A DNA stretch of 64,000 nt, taken from NCBI GenBank assembly GCA_001179505.1, contig CDMY01000646.1:124001-188000 (forward strand), written 5' to 3'. A model generated the notes under the pieces. That model searched no databases, had not been told where the DNA came from, and saw nothing but the letters and a program-made list of their open reading frames with translations. Every line of letters starts with the position of its first letter. Positions within the stretch are counted from its first letter, which is position 1. The stretch comes from Vitrella brassicaformis CCMP3155 (Eukaryota > Protista > Chromerida). Below, one piece after another: positions 53,882-64,000 of the stretch. A program made the position numbers and the translations under genes.

Positions 53882-53939
53882 TCTGATGGATGCAATACAA
53901 GCAACAAGCAACAAGCAACAAGCGACACATAGATAGAGA

Positions 53940-55560
53940 TGAGTATGTTCGCTCTCTCCCTCTCCCTTCTCTCCCTCTCCCTTCCCATCCCATCCATACT
54001 TACGCGCTTCGCTTCTGCGCCACGTGCCGCAGGTCGACAGCAATCGCCACCAGCCCGTTGTTCGGCCGGCTCGCAACAAGTAGCTGGCTCTCGGGCGCGT
54101 CACCGCCACTCTCGCCCGCTTCACCGCCAACCGAATCCGCCCTCATGCCGCTGTCGCCCTGCTGCAGCTTGCCCTCGTCATCCTGACTCGGCGCCGCCCC
54201 CTGGTCAACAACATCAGCTGAAACAAGGAAGACATCAGCACAATGAATGTACCCCTCCTGGCTGTCTCTCTATCCATCTACTCATCCTACCTGCCTCATC
54301 TGGTTGATATGAGTCCATAGCCGCCACCAGACTCAGCTTGGCCTTGCTTCGGCCTCTCGGCGCCCCCGGCCGAGGAAACGCGCGGCGGAGCATCCTCACT
54401 GTCCCCCCCGCTGAGTAGGCTCTCGCCTGGCAGTGAGCGTCGTGTGGGGGCGGGCGGGGCCGGCGGGTCAGATGCGTCCGTGTGCTCCTCGGCTGCGGCT
54501 GCCTCGAGGCTGAGAGAGAGGGAGGGAGGGGCAGCACGTCGACGTGGCGGTGGCGGTGGGGGGGCGGGGCAATCTGACGGGACGTCACAGCAGCGCAGTC
54601 GGGCGCCACCACGCCGGTCTACACATCTGGTGGAAACGGGGGCTGAAACGAATGATGACAGCACAGAGAGGGTGCGTCTGGGTGGTGGGCAGATGAGCGT
54701 AACATATCATTGTGCCAACCTGGCTGGAGGGCTTGGGTCATCAATGGGAGCTGCTGCGACCCTGAAGCACAAGAGCAAAAAGCCGACGCATTTGTGTGTG
54801 TGCGCATGTACATGTGCGTGTGGTTTATGTTATGCACGCACCTGGTATCAAGTTGCAATAGGCGACGCACGCCTGCCTCAGCTCGACGTTTGGCGCAGCA
54901 CACAGGTGCCTGACCTTGACCTGCACGAAACGCCAAAGCGCGTTCGCCATCCACTGCAATGCTTTGCTTGCCCTTGTTTTGGTCACCTGCTCATACGCAG
55001 GTCGTATATCTTGTCTTCCTCATTGCCTGCGTCGGGCGCGGTTGGTGGTTCTGGTCCTGCTTGCGCTTCTTCCGCGCGCGCAGGTGCTCTGTGTCCGACT
55101 CGCTTTTTTCTTCCTCGGGCGTGGCGCATCCCTGCAGCTGTTCACGTAACACAGTCCATCAGGTGCTTGGCTTTGGCTGTGGCTGTGTGTGTATATGTGT
55201 GTGTCTGTCTATGCCAGCGTACCGCTTGCGGCCGCCACCCAGATTGCCATGGCCAGCGGCCGCATGGCCAGCTCGGCACCATGGCCAGCTCCTGCAGCAG
55301 CAGCAGCTCCTGAGGCCTTGGATACCACCGCACGGCCCAGCTCTGCGGAAAAGGGACAGAAATGGAGGGATAAATGAATGGATCCACATATGACTCACTT
55401 CATCGGCGTCGCGGTGATCTGCCTGAACTCCTGGGCAGCTGCACGAAGGTCTTGCGTGCGGCGCCGGGCACGTAGTCGAAGACTGACAGCTCCAAGGGTA
55501 TGAGCTTCCGACACTCATAGTCGCACATCCCGCCGGTTTGGCTTGTCGTGCACTATCTGC
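53940..55560 (-). pseudogene. Third Nup155-derived mosaic fragment
   Basis: CDYECRKLIPLELSVFDYVPGAARKTFVQL with a frameshifting deletion (55420-55530), followed by copies of 46380-46620 (at 54840-55100) and 45370-45920 (at 53990-54560). Confidence 0.72.
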
Positions 55561-55573
55561 ACACAGCAGATGC

Positions 55574-56650
55574 TCAGACGGTTGATATCAGACGGTTGGT
55601 ACAGATGCACTTGACGATGGGCAGCACGCTATTGCACTCAGCCAGCCGCCGCCACACCTCAACCTCGGTATCACTCTGAACCCCATCCATCCATCCATCC
55701 AGACAGACAGACAGCCCCTCGCCTCTCTCTACCTGGATCTTCCTCTGTGAAGACAGCTCGGCATCGGGCAGCTTGATGGTGGAATGGTGAGTGTACCGGA
55801 AGATGATCACGTTCTTGCCCGTGTTGTCTACCCCCTTGTACCCGAGCGCCACCCCACCACTGACATCCCCCACTGGCCGGCTGCACCGCCACTTGCACTG
55901 TCACACACACAAATGAGTGCGGCCACAAACATACACACTTGCAAAGTCGAAGGAGACACCTCGTGAGCGCCGATCGATGACCCTCAAGTCGAGCGCCGTG
56001 CTGTCGAGAGAGACCAACACAACAGAAATGCACTCAGGTCGATGGGCCGTGTCCCCTCTGTCCGCTTACTCCTCTGCAAACGGCAGGATGAAGGTCTGAT
56101 TCGCCCCGTGAACCAGCGCACAGTCATACTCGAGCAGCCCCGGGAGGCTCTCGTCAGGGTGTATGTACCCGAAGTCCTGATGGCCGTACATACTCCTCTG
56201 CACACACACACACACACAAGGGAGAGAGAGAGCTGCCGGCTGGCCGGCCGTCTATCCATCCATCCATCCATCCTCCCGGGATCTCTCAGACTCACCGTGA
56301 CGGTCAACTTGTGCAACATGTCGGCCGGAAAGAACTTCAAGACCATCAACTGCGAACACCCACAGATGCACCAATCCATCCATCGAAATGTGTCGCTATT
56401 TTTTTCGGCATGATGTGTGCAGAATGGGAGGTTTAGGTGCTGCAGGCAGCTCTCGGCGGCACTTCGTACGCCAAGAGACTGCAGAGCAGACAGACAGGAC
56501 TCATACCTATCTCGTCTGTTCGTCTCTTGTGCGTGACCTCTGTCTCTGATGTGAGCCGCCCGACGATTCTCTTGACTTTCTCCTGCAGCCGAGTGTCCTC
56601 CAGCCCCTCTGTGTCACCCCGCTGGTGGTCGTCCGCATCTCCACGATGAT
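55574..56650 (-). CDS. Hypothetical multi-exon protein; start uncertain
   Basis: Splice-bounded exons LMVLKFFPADMLHKLTVT|RSMYGHQDFGYIHPDESLPGLLEYDCALVHGANQTFILPFAE|DTALDLRVIDRRSR and GVALGYKGVDNTGKNVIIFRY. Confidence 0.45.
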
Positions 56651-56695
56651 GCTCAGTCTCAACTAGAATTCAGGGAGGGACAGACGGAGTGCGCG

Positions 56696-56726
<31 letters not shown>

Positions 56727-57083
56727 TCGTTTATACGTACTTCCGATACTCTTAAGAGAGCGATGGCGGCAGTCTTCGAATCGAAGCTGCTCTGGGGTAC
56801 AGACCCGCAGACACGGCGCGATGTCATTGAATGGTTTGAAGCCGCACATAAGCGTACCCATCGCGCCCTGCATGGAATTCCGCAGGGCCGGGAACAGACT
56901 ACGGTGCAGTGATATACGCACACGGGAACGGCCGGCGACGCGCCATCCAGGCTTTGCTGCCGTGTCGAAGTGTGTCGAACCAATCGCCATGGACTGCAAT
57001 AAGGGGGAAGCGCAAGCACGAATGGGAGTGAAAACACGAAAAAGCTGTGAATTGCGTTTTTCCCCGTCTCCGATTCTCGGCGG

Positions 57084-57173
57084 TTTAGGGTTTGCTTTAG
57101 AGTGGGGTTCTCGTGAAACTTAAGAGATAGAGAAGAGGACTCCGAAGGAGAGATGTAGGGTTTAGGGTTTAGG
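57084..57173 (+). promoter_or_regulatory. Telomere-like TTTAGGG motifs (telobox-like) upstream of PLAC8 copy 1
   Basis: TTTAGGGTTT at ~57084-57093 and TAGGGTTTAGGGTTTAGG at 57156-57173. The regulatory role is inferred only. Confidence 0.35.
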
Positions 57174-57301
57174 AGAGATCTGTCGCGGAGAGAAGAGAGC
57201 CACGAAGGAGAGATCTGTCGCGGATCGGAAGCCTCAAACCCTTGAGATCTACTCCCTCTCTGTTAACGGCGTGTGTTGTGGGTTTGAGTGGGAAGGACGG
57301 T

Positions 57302-58367
57302 ATGGCACCAGCTGCAGATCCTACCCAGCCGCAGCAGCCAATGCCACTAGTAGTGGGACAGCCAGCCGCGCTGCCGATGCCTGTGGTAGTGGCGGGACCG
57401 CCGCAAACAGCGGAGCCGGGGGGAGATAACATATGGCGAGGTGAACTGCAGCTCACCGCACCGGAAGCGCAGAAAGCGAAGATGACATTCTGTGTGCGGG
57501 CGGGCGGTTGTGTGTGTGGCATGCAGGTCGCTGGAGTGACGGCCTGTGCGGCTGTTTCTCCGACCTGCCCAGCTGCCTCCTTGGCACCCTGGGGACAGTT
57601 TGTTTGCCCATCTTGGGCTGCCTCAAGGTGAGCTGAATGCGAAAGACAGGTGCCAAAGACTTCTTTCTCATTCTCTTTCTCCATCTGGTGGCTGGTTCTG
57701 CTCTGCACTAACAGGCGTGGCCACTGGCGCAGGTGAAGGTTCTGTCGTCCCGCGTTGGTGTGTTTCTGTTCGTGATGGTGTTCGGCTGCCTTGGCGTGGC
57801 AGCCATTTTCTTCCCCATCTGGATGATCACGCACCCCATCAGCTCGTCCAGCTACGCCTACCGAAGCCCAGATGGAAGCTCCTGGGGCTACGGATATCGC
57901 GCGGAGCTCAACTTCGTGTGGCTCTTGCCCATGTTGGCCATCATCATCCTGCTGGCTGTTCTCAGTCTTGTCTACCGCACCAAGCTTCGCAGGTCAGTCA
58001 CATAGTGGGCCCGAAATGACCAATCAGCGGGTGTGTGTATGTGCTGGTTGTTTCGTGTGTCCGTCATGTAGGCATTACGACATCGAGGCGGGCGACGGCT
58101 GTGCCGACGCCACAGCCGACGCCCTTCTCGTCTTGTTCTGCTTGCCGTGCTCCATCTGCCAGGAATACAGGCAAGCCAGCGAAATGCCGACACAGTAATG
58201 CTCAGGCCGTCCGTAAGTGTGCTTCTGTCTTATTGTTCAGGCATGTGTTGAGGGCCTGTGGATTCAAGAAGGACATCTTCCCTCGGGTCATGGCTCCGGT
58301 TCAGTATCACAATGGGATGGCATACGTGTGGGCGCGCCCCCAGCAACAGACAGAGACTCAAGTGTAG
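57302..58367 (+). CDS. PLAC8-family cysteine-rich membrane protein, copy 1 (5 exons)
   Basis: WSDGLCGCFSDLPSCL, two hydrophobic spans, YRTKLRR|HYDIEAGDGCAD...FCLPCSICQEYR; TAG at 58367. Confidence 0.85.
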
Positions 58368-59110
58368 TCAGTCCTGAAGGCCACGATGAGACGGCTGGGC
58401 ATGCATGGCTGTTATACGTGTGAGTGCGTCAGGTGTGTTTTATTGTCATGGTGTTCTCTTCTGCGCGTATATCTGTCTACTTTTACTGGCCATCTATGGG
58501 CTGTCGAATTTCTCGTGCAGTGTTTTTCGACGGGGGGGCATGGTCGCCTCTCACATGCATATGTGCCGTCACTGATAATGGATGGACACAGGCATGCTTT
58601 TCGAGATGTGCGCAAGAGCCACACAGATCGACGCATGGCTGCGTATTCCCGTGTGTGTAAATGTCTGCCTGTCTTGCTTGCTGTGTCTGCGAGATCCCAT
58701 GGTACATGTGTCGGCTTTGCTCTGCCTGGCGCGCAATGGAGCCAGCGTTTTCTTAACCCTTCTAGTGAGCATTTTTGCATGGCACCTGTAGGTAAGTTGC
58801 CGAGGTGTGCGCGGTACTATGTTTTTCTCTTCCGTACCGAGTTGTTGGCTTGCATCGATGGGCATAAGTTCGTTTTCGTTGGCTGACGTCAGGGTGCGAT
58901 GAATGGCTTGGTTCATCAGATTCTGATTCTGCACAAACCCCACTCATCACGCTGGAACTCATGAATGTGGACGAGTAGCAGTGAGAGATAGCCGTGAAAG
59001 CAATAGTGGGTTTTCCGTGGAGAGATCTGTCGCGGATCGACCGCCTCTCCCTCTCTCCCAGGTGTCTGTCACGGCACAAGGTTGCTGTGGGTTTGAGCAC
59101 TGGTGGAAGG

Positions 59111-60111
59111 ATGCGACGGTGTCGCGCCGAGACCTCTGCTGGGGACGCCGAGGCGCCAGCAGGTTCTGCCCAACAGCACCCGATGCCTTCGGTAGCGCCA
59201 GCAGCGCTGCCGGTGGGAGACAACATATGGCGAGGTGAACACTGCAGGTCAAGACAACATTGCATTGCGATTGTGTGCGGTTGTGTGCGTGTTGCATCCA
59301 GGTAGCTGGAGCGACGGCCTGTTTAGCTGTTTTTCCGACTGGCCAAGCTGCCTCCTGGGGATCCTGGGGATCTTCTATTTCTTGCCCATTTTGGGGTACC
59401 TCAAGGTGAGCTGAATGCGGAAGGAAATCTCACTCCCCTCTCTCCATTTGGTGGCTGTCTGTGCACTCACAGGCGTGGCCACTGGGGCAGGTGAAGATTC
59501 TGTCGTTCCGCGTGGCTGTGTTGATGTTCGGCGGCCTTAGTCTGGCCTACACTGCCATCAACATCTGGTCGACCACACAACACCCCAACTCCTCTTTCTA
59601 CAGCCACATGGGCCAAGATGGTTTGTGGCATTTCGGATATCATGCGGAGCAAAACCCTGTGTGGCTCTTGCCCCTGTTGGCCATCATCATCGTGTTGTTT
59701 GTTCTCAGTCTTGTCTACCGCACCAAGCTTCGCAGGTCAGTGACAGAAAGCATCCAGATGCTTTGGCGTAGAATGACCAATCAGCGGGTGTGTGTGTGCT
59801 GATTGTATCGTCCGTCCGTCATGCAGGCATTACGACATCGAGGCGGGCGACAGTTGTGGCGACTGCTGTCTCCTCTTGTGGTGTTGGCCGTGCGCCATCC
59901 TTCAGGAATACAGGCAAGCCGGCGAGAAGCAGACACGAGGCAGAGGATGTCCGTAAGTCCCCGCTGTGTTGCCGTACTCAGGCATGTGTTGAGGGCCCGC
60001 GGGTTCAAGAAGGACATCTTCCCGCCGGGTCTGGCTATGGTCCCCGGCCAGAAAAATGGGATATCATACGTGTGCGTGCGCCCCCAACAGCAGACGGAGA
60101 CTCAAGAGTAG
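59111..60111 (+). CDS. PLAC8-family protein, tandem copy 2
   Basis: Same exon structure as copy 1: WSDGLFSCFSDWPSCL...KLRR|HYDIEAGDSCGDCC...WCWPCAILQEYR; TAG at 60111. Start codon uncertain. Confidence 0.83.
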
Positions 60112-60650
60112 TCAGTCCTGAAGGCCACGACGAGACGCCCAGTATGAGAGAGTCAGATGTGTGTTTTCGTGATGGTATTCTCTTGTGCGCGTGTGTCTGT
60201 CTACTGGCCGTCGATGAGGTCTTGGGTTGTTCGTGCGTGACTTTTGATTTGCGGGCATGGTCGCCTCTCACTTGTATATGTGTTGTCACTGGATGACAGG
60301 CATGCACTTTTCGAGAAGTGTGCAAGAGACACACAGATCGACGCATGCCTGCGCATACCCGTGTGTGTGAATGTCTTTTTGTTTGTGCGCGGTCTGTGCT
60401 GCGTGTGTTGCCTTAGCTCTGCCTGGCTCGCGATGGGAGCCAGAAGGTTCCTTGCATGGCACGTGTAGGTAAGTTACCGATGTGTGCGTGAATGGGAAGT
60501 GAACAGACGAACTAATATAAGGTGTCGGTATGCTTTTCGTACCACTCAGAAACAGCACCCAGTCTCGACTTTGCCCTTTCCCTCCCCCCGCCCCGCGCAA
60601 CGTCCTTGACTTGAGTACTCTACCCTCTCCGTCCTATCATATCTCCGACC

Positions 60651-63600
60651 ATGCGTATTCTGATCTGCCAGCACCGGCAGATGACGTACCAGGGGTGGAT
60701 GGAGGTGCTGGGAAGCGTTCCACTGTCCGATTGTGACATGCTGGTGCTGCCGGAGAACTGCCTGGTGCTGCCCCAGGCCATGGAGAAGGGCATGTCGCCC
60801 ATCTCCATCGACAATCCCCCCATCCGCATGATGGCGCGGTTCGCACAACAGAAGGCGGTCAGAGGACAAAAGAGACCTGCACTGTTGATCTCATTCACGA
60901 GCTGTCGTCTCTTCTTGCAGATTTATATGGTGTTGGGCAGTGTGCCCGAGTCGATTGAGGACGAGGACGGCGGCATGGCCCTGTACAGCACATGTGTAGT
61001 CATCGGCCGGCAGGGGCAAATTCTGCATTCATACCGTCGGCGAGGACATCGACATCTGAAGAGTGAGAAGGCCGGCAGCGAATTGGGGCTCTTTAGAACC
61101 GAATTTGGTTTGGTCCGAACACAGTTGTGGACAGAGAGCTCCATTGGATGAACATCACACATGTTTTTCCGCTACCTGTGTCTCCGTCAGATTGGCATAC
61201 TGCTCTCACAGGAAGTGGAGGACATGAAGCTCGTCCGTGCGCTGCCCCCGTGCCGTCTGGTGATCAACCCCACTCTCCAGTCACCCCCTATCGACACAAC
61301 CGTCTTCCGCAAAATCCACTCGATTCAGCGGCGGTCATGGCAGACGCACTCCCTCAAGACGGCGAGACACCTGCTCTCCCTAGTGCTGCCGCCGTCACTT
61401 GGCGGCCGCCACGGGTCCAGCCTGGGCTCCTACCTCCGTGTGGATCAGCCCATCCCCTTCGGCTACGGCAGCAGCATGCTGGTGGAGCCGCACCGGACCG
61501 TCATGGCCCCCACCCCAGGAGCACTCGCCTTCAGGGTCACCGTGACCAGCCCACAAGAGCTGAGGGGCCTCCTCATTTCCATTGCATTCCCCATTACGGT
61601 CGACCGCATCCCCCGGCTGGCCAAGAAAAGGGAGAGCCTGGAGAGGAAGCGACACAGCGTCGACAAGAGGCGAGACCAGGTGTCTAGTGGCCGGCGGTCC
61701 TCTTCGTCGACGCCTGCGTCAGGCGTGCAGGAGTCCCAGAGCGCCCCTGCTCTCCCGCGCACGGAGGTGGTGATGAAGACGACCATCTGCCGCTACACAC
61801 TGTGGACAGTCGATCGGTACTGGGAGAGGGGGGAGGTGATCCCGAAAGACACGCTCCTCGATCCGGGAAGCGGCGGGCTGTCGCCGGCACGGGTGCGCAG
61901 GCAGAATGCTGTCAGACTGAAGTGAAGCGAGTACATTGACCTGTTCTCTGTGGAAGTGTAGGGCAGCATGAGTTCCCGATCCCACTCGGCACAAGACATG
62001 GGTGCGGCGACCCCACGCACACCAACGCCACGAAAGTCTCTCATTGGTGCAAGTCCGCGCACACGGGCGCTGCTATCAGGTACGTGTCTCACACCCATTC
62101 ATGTCGGCTACAGAGGGAGGTGGGTTATGTGCGCCTGCGCAGGTCGTGGGTTCATTGCGGTCATCTATGGCGACTTTGGCAAGGAGACACCCTCTGACTC
62201 ATTGGCCATCACACGCGCCTTCGCCGTGCCCTCTCTGCCCCCTGCACACCCCCGCACATCCACCATCCGGCCTGCATCGGCGTCAAACACGGCCCCGAGA
62301 CGCATGCAGTCGCTGACTGCTCTGCCAGCTATTAGAGGCAAGAAATCGCCCCCGCCGTCATCCATCGATGTCCGGCCGCAGTCATCATTGCAGGGTGTGG
62401 GGAAATACGTCGTGAATTTCGCAATGGGGGAGATGGCGGTCATCGATCCAGTCGCCAAGACTGTCGTCTTCTCTCAACCATTGCCTGTGGGGCAGAAGGT
62501 ACGTTCCGTGTGGTGAATGCCGTATCGAGACACAAACCTCTGTGTCTCATGCCCATCAGCTGACGGCTCTTGCGTCTCTCCCCTCGATGTCGTCTCTCTC
62601 GGTCCGCCAGCCGCCCATCGTGGCCGATCACGCCACATCAGACGGATTCCTCGTCGCCTCAACGTCCACCATCTCACGGGTTGAGTCGCCCGTGGGCGGC
62701 GGCACCAAGAGGATCCATCTCACGGCCTGGAAGGCGGGGCAGCCCGTCCAGTCCATCGTACTCACGCGGCAGGTGGTGCGGGAGGCAATCGTCACGCGAA
62801 GGGCCCAGTATCTCGAGACAGACGGCGATGAGCAGCACGAGGAATCCCCAATGGTCCAAGCCGCCACCAAGCTGCGGTTCCACACAGAGGCGACACAAGG
62901 GCCTGCCGTCGACCGCTTTGGTACGGACGTCTCAAGCATCCTGTTCGAGCTATCCGACAACTCCCCCTCGGCATTCGAGGCCTCCCACGTCCACTGGCTG
63001 AGCCCAACATGCCTTATGGGCCTCATCGGCCCACCCACCACTTCACAGGGGGCGTTCACCATGGTGTTCCGCCTACAGTGGAGCATCGAGAGGCGAGACG
63101 TGCCCAGGTTCATGGCAGTGCCGTGCGGAGTCACTCCGGGGTCCGTGTGCGCATCCCATGCAGTGCGCCAGGGGGTGTTTGACGTGGCTGGGCTGCGGGG
63201 GGAGGGGCGGATGGGGGGCGTCGGGAGGACGGGCCCCCTGTATGTGGTCATCTGCAGGGAGGGAACCGTCCTGATCTACTTCTCTGATGAAGACCAGCTG
63301 GAATCAATGTTAGAGACAGAGAGAGAGAGAGAGAGACAGAGAGAGAGAGACGTGATACGTCTTTTCCAAATGTCAGATGTGTGACGCTCTTTGACGAGAT
63401 GCAGCTGTCCCCCGCCAGCCGGCACAAAAGGTCCACATCGAGAAAGAGCAAAGCCGACGGCCCCATTGCGCGCATCGTTGAGGGGCCGCACACCGACGAC
63501 AGCGACATAGTCGACCCCATTGTGACGGCGGCAGTAGTCTCGGCGCCTTCGTTTCTGTGGGTGTTCTGCGCCTACAAGAGGGGCGATGTGAAGCTCTTCC

Positions 63601-64000
63601 AGCTCAATCTTGCCGAGCATGTGACCGCCAAGGTGATCGCGTCGACGCACTTCAAGCACTCATTCGTGCGGCTGATGGTGATCCCACAAGGCCTGGCACA
63701 CACCCAGCCGCAGCCAAAGCCACAGCCGGCCCATGCACCAGCGAAACACCCACACCACCCACAGCAGCAGCAGCAGCCGCAGCCGCAGAGTGACAGCTCG
63801 TCTGACAGCGACACATCATCAGGCGACACCGACATCATCCCAACTTTCACCCTTCAGCGGCCCCGGCCGAAAGTGATGATGAGACACAAACGAGAAAGAC
63901 GGCACTTGCCGTCATACGGTCCACGGAGAGACACTCGCGCATCTGTCACTGAAGACGGGATCAGGCGACGACAGCAGATGGCAAGAGTCGCCGCCCACAG
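60651..64000 (+). CDS. Large multi-exon protein with an N-terminal degenerate nitrilase/CN-hydrolase domain; runs off the right edge
   Basis: MRILICQ, DMLVLPE, IYMVLGSVPE, LYSTCVVIGRQGQILHSYRR, FRTEFG|IGILLSQE and LVINPT follow the CN-hydrolase pattern. A candidate phase-0 intron at 61911-61961 joins it to the downstream exons. Confidence 0.7.

Noticed and set aside
35000-57000. Autonomous transposon driving the Nup155 shuffling
   Set aside because: No transposase, RepHel or reverse-transcriptase motifs, and no clear TIRs or TSDs were seen; kept only as a hypothesis for the repeated module.

Overview
Intron-dense, GC-rich eukaryotic nuclear DNA. Introns are about 50-150 nt and filled with (GT)n/(CA)n/(GTCT)n/(CATC)n microsatellites; this style fits a chromerid alveolate such as Vitrella, which is an inference. 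All gene models were spliced by eye, so exon edges are approximate. Four 300-N placeholder gaps sit next to poly-G/C runs. Left to right: F-box-like gene (-), VWA8 (+), a weak hypothetical (-), intronless PTC7-type PP2C phosphatase (+), PB1...UBA protein (-), MYST acetyltransferase (+), small membrane ORF (-), a ~40-exon single-module NRPS (+), a convergent SABATH-type methyltransferase (-), small hypotheticals, a secreted 6-Cys prepropeptide (+), an HSD-type J-domain gene (-), Nup155 (-) surrounded by scrambled partial copies of itself, two tandem PLAC8 genes (+), and a gene with a degenerate nitrilase domain (+) that runs off the right edge. The lead candidate for an undescribed system is the NRPS (C-A-T-TE; A-domain code DVWHISLIDK predicting Ser; C domain lacking the catalytic His) together with the adjacent SABATH methyltransferase, as a possible protist biosynthetic mini-cluster.
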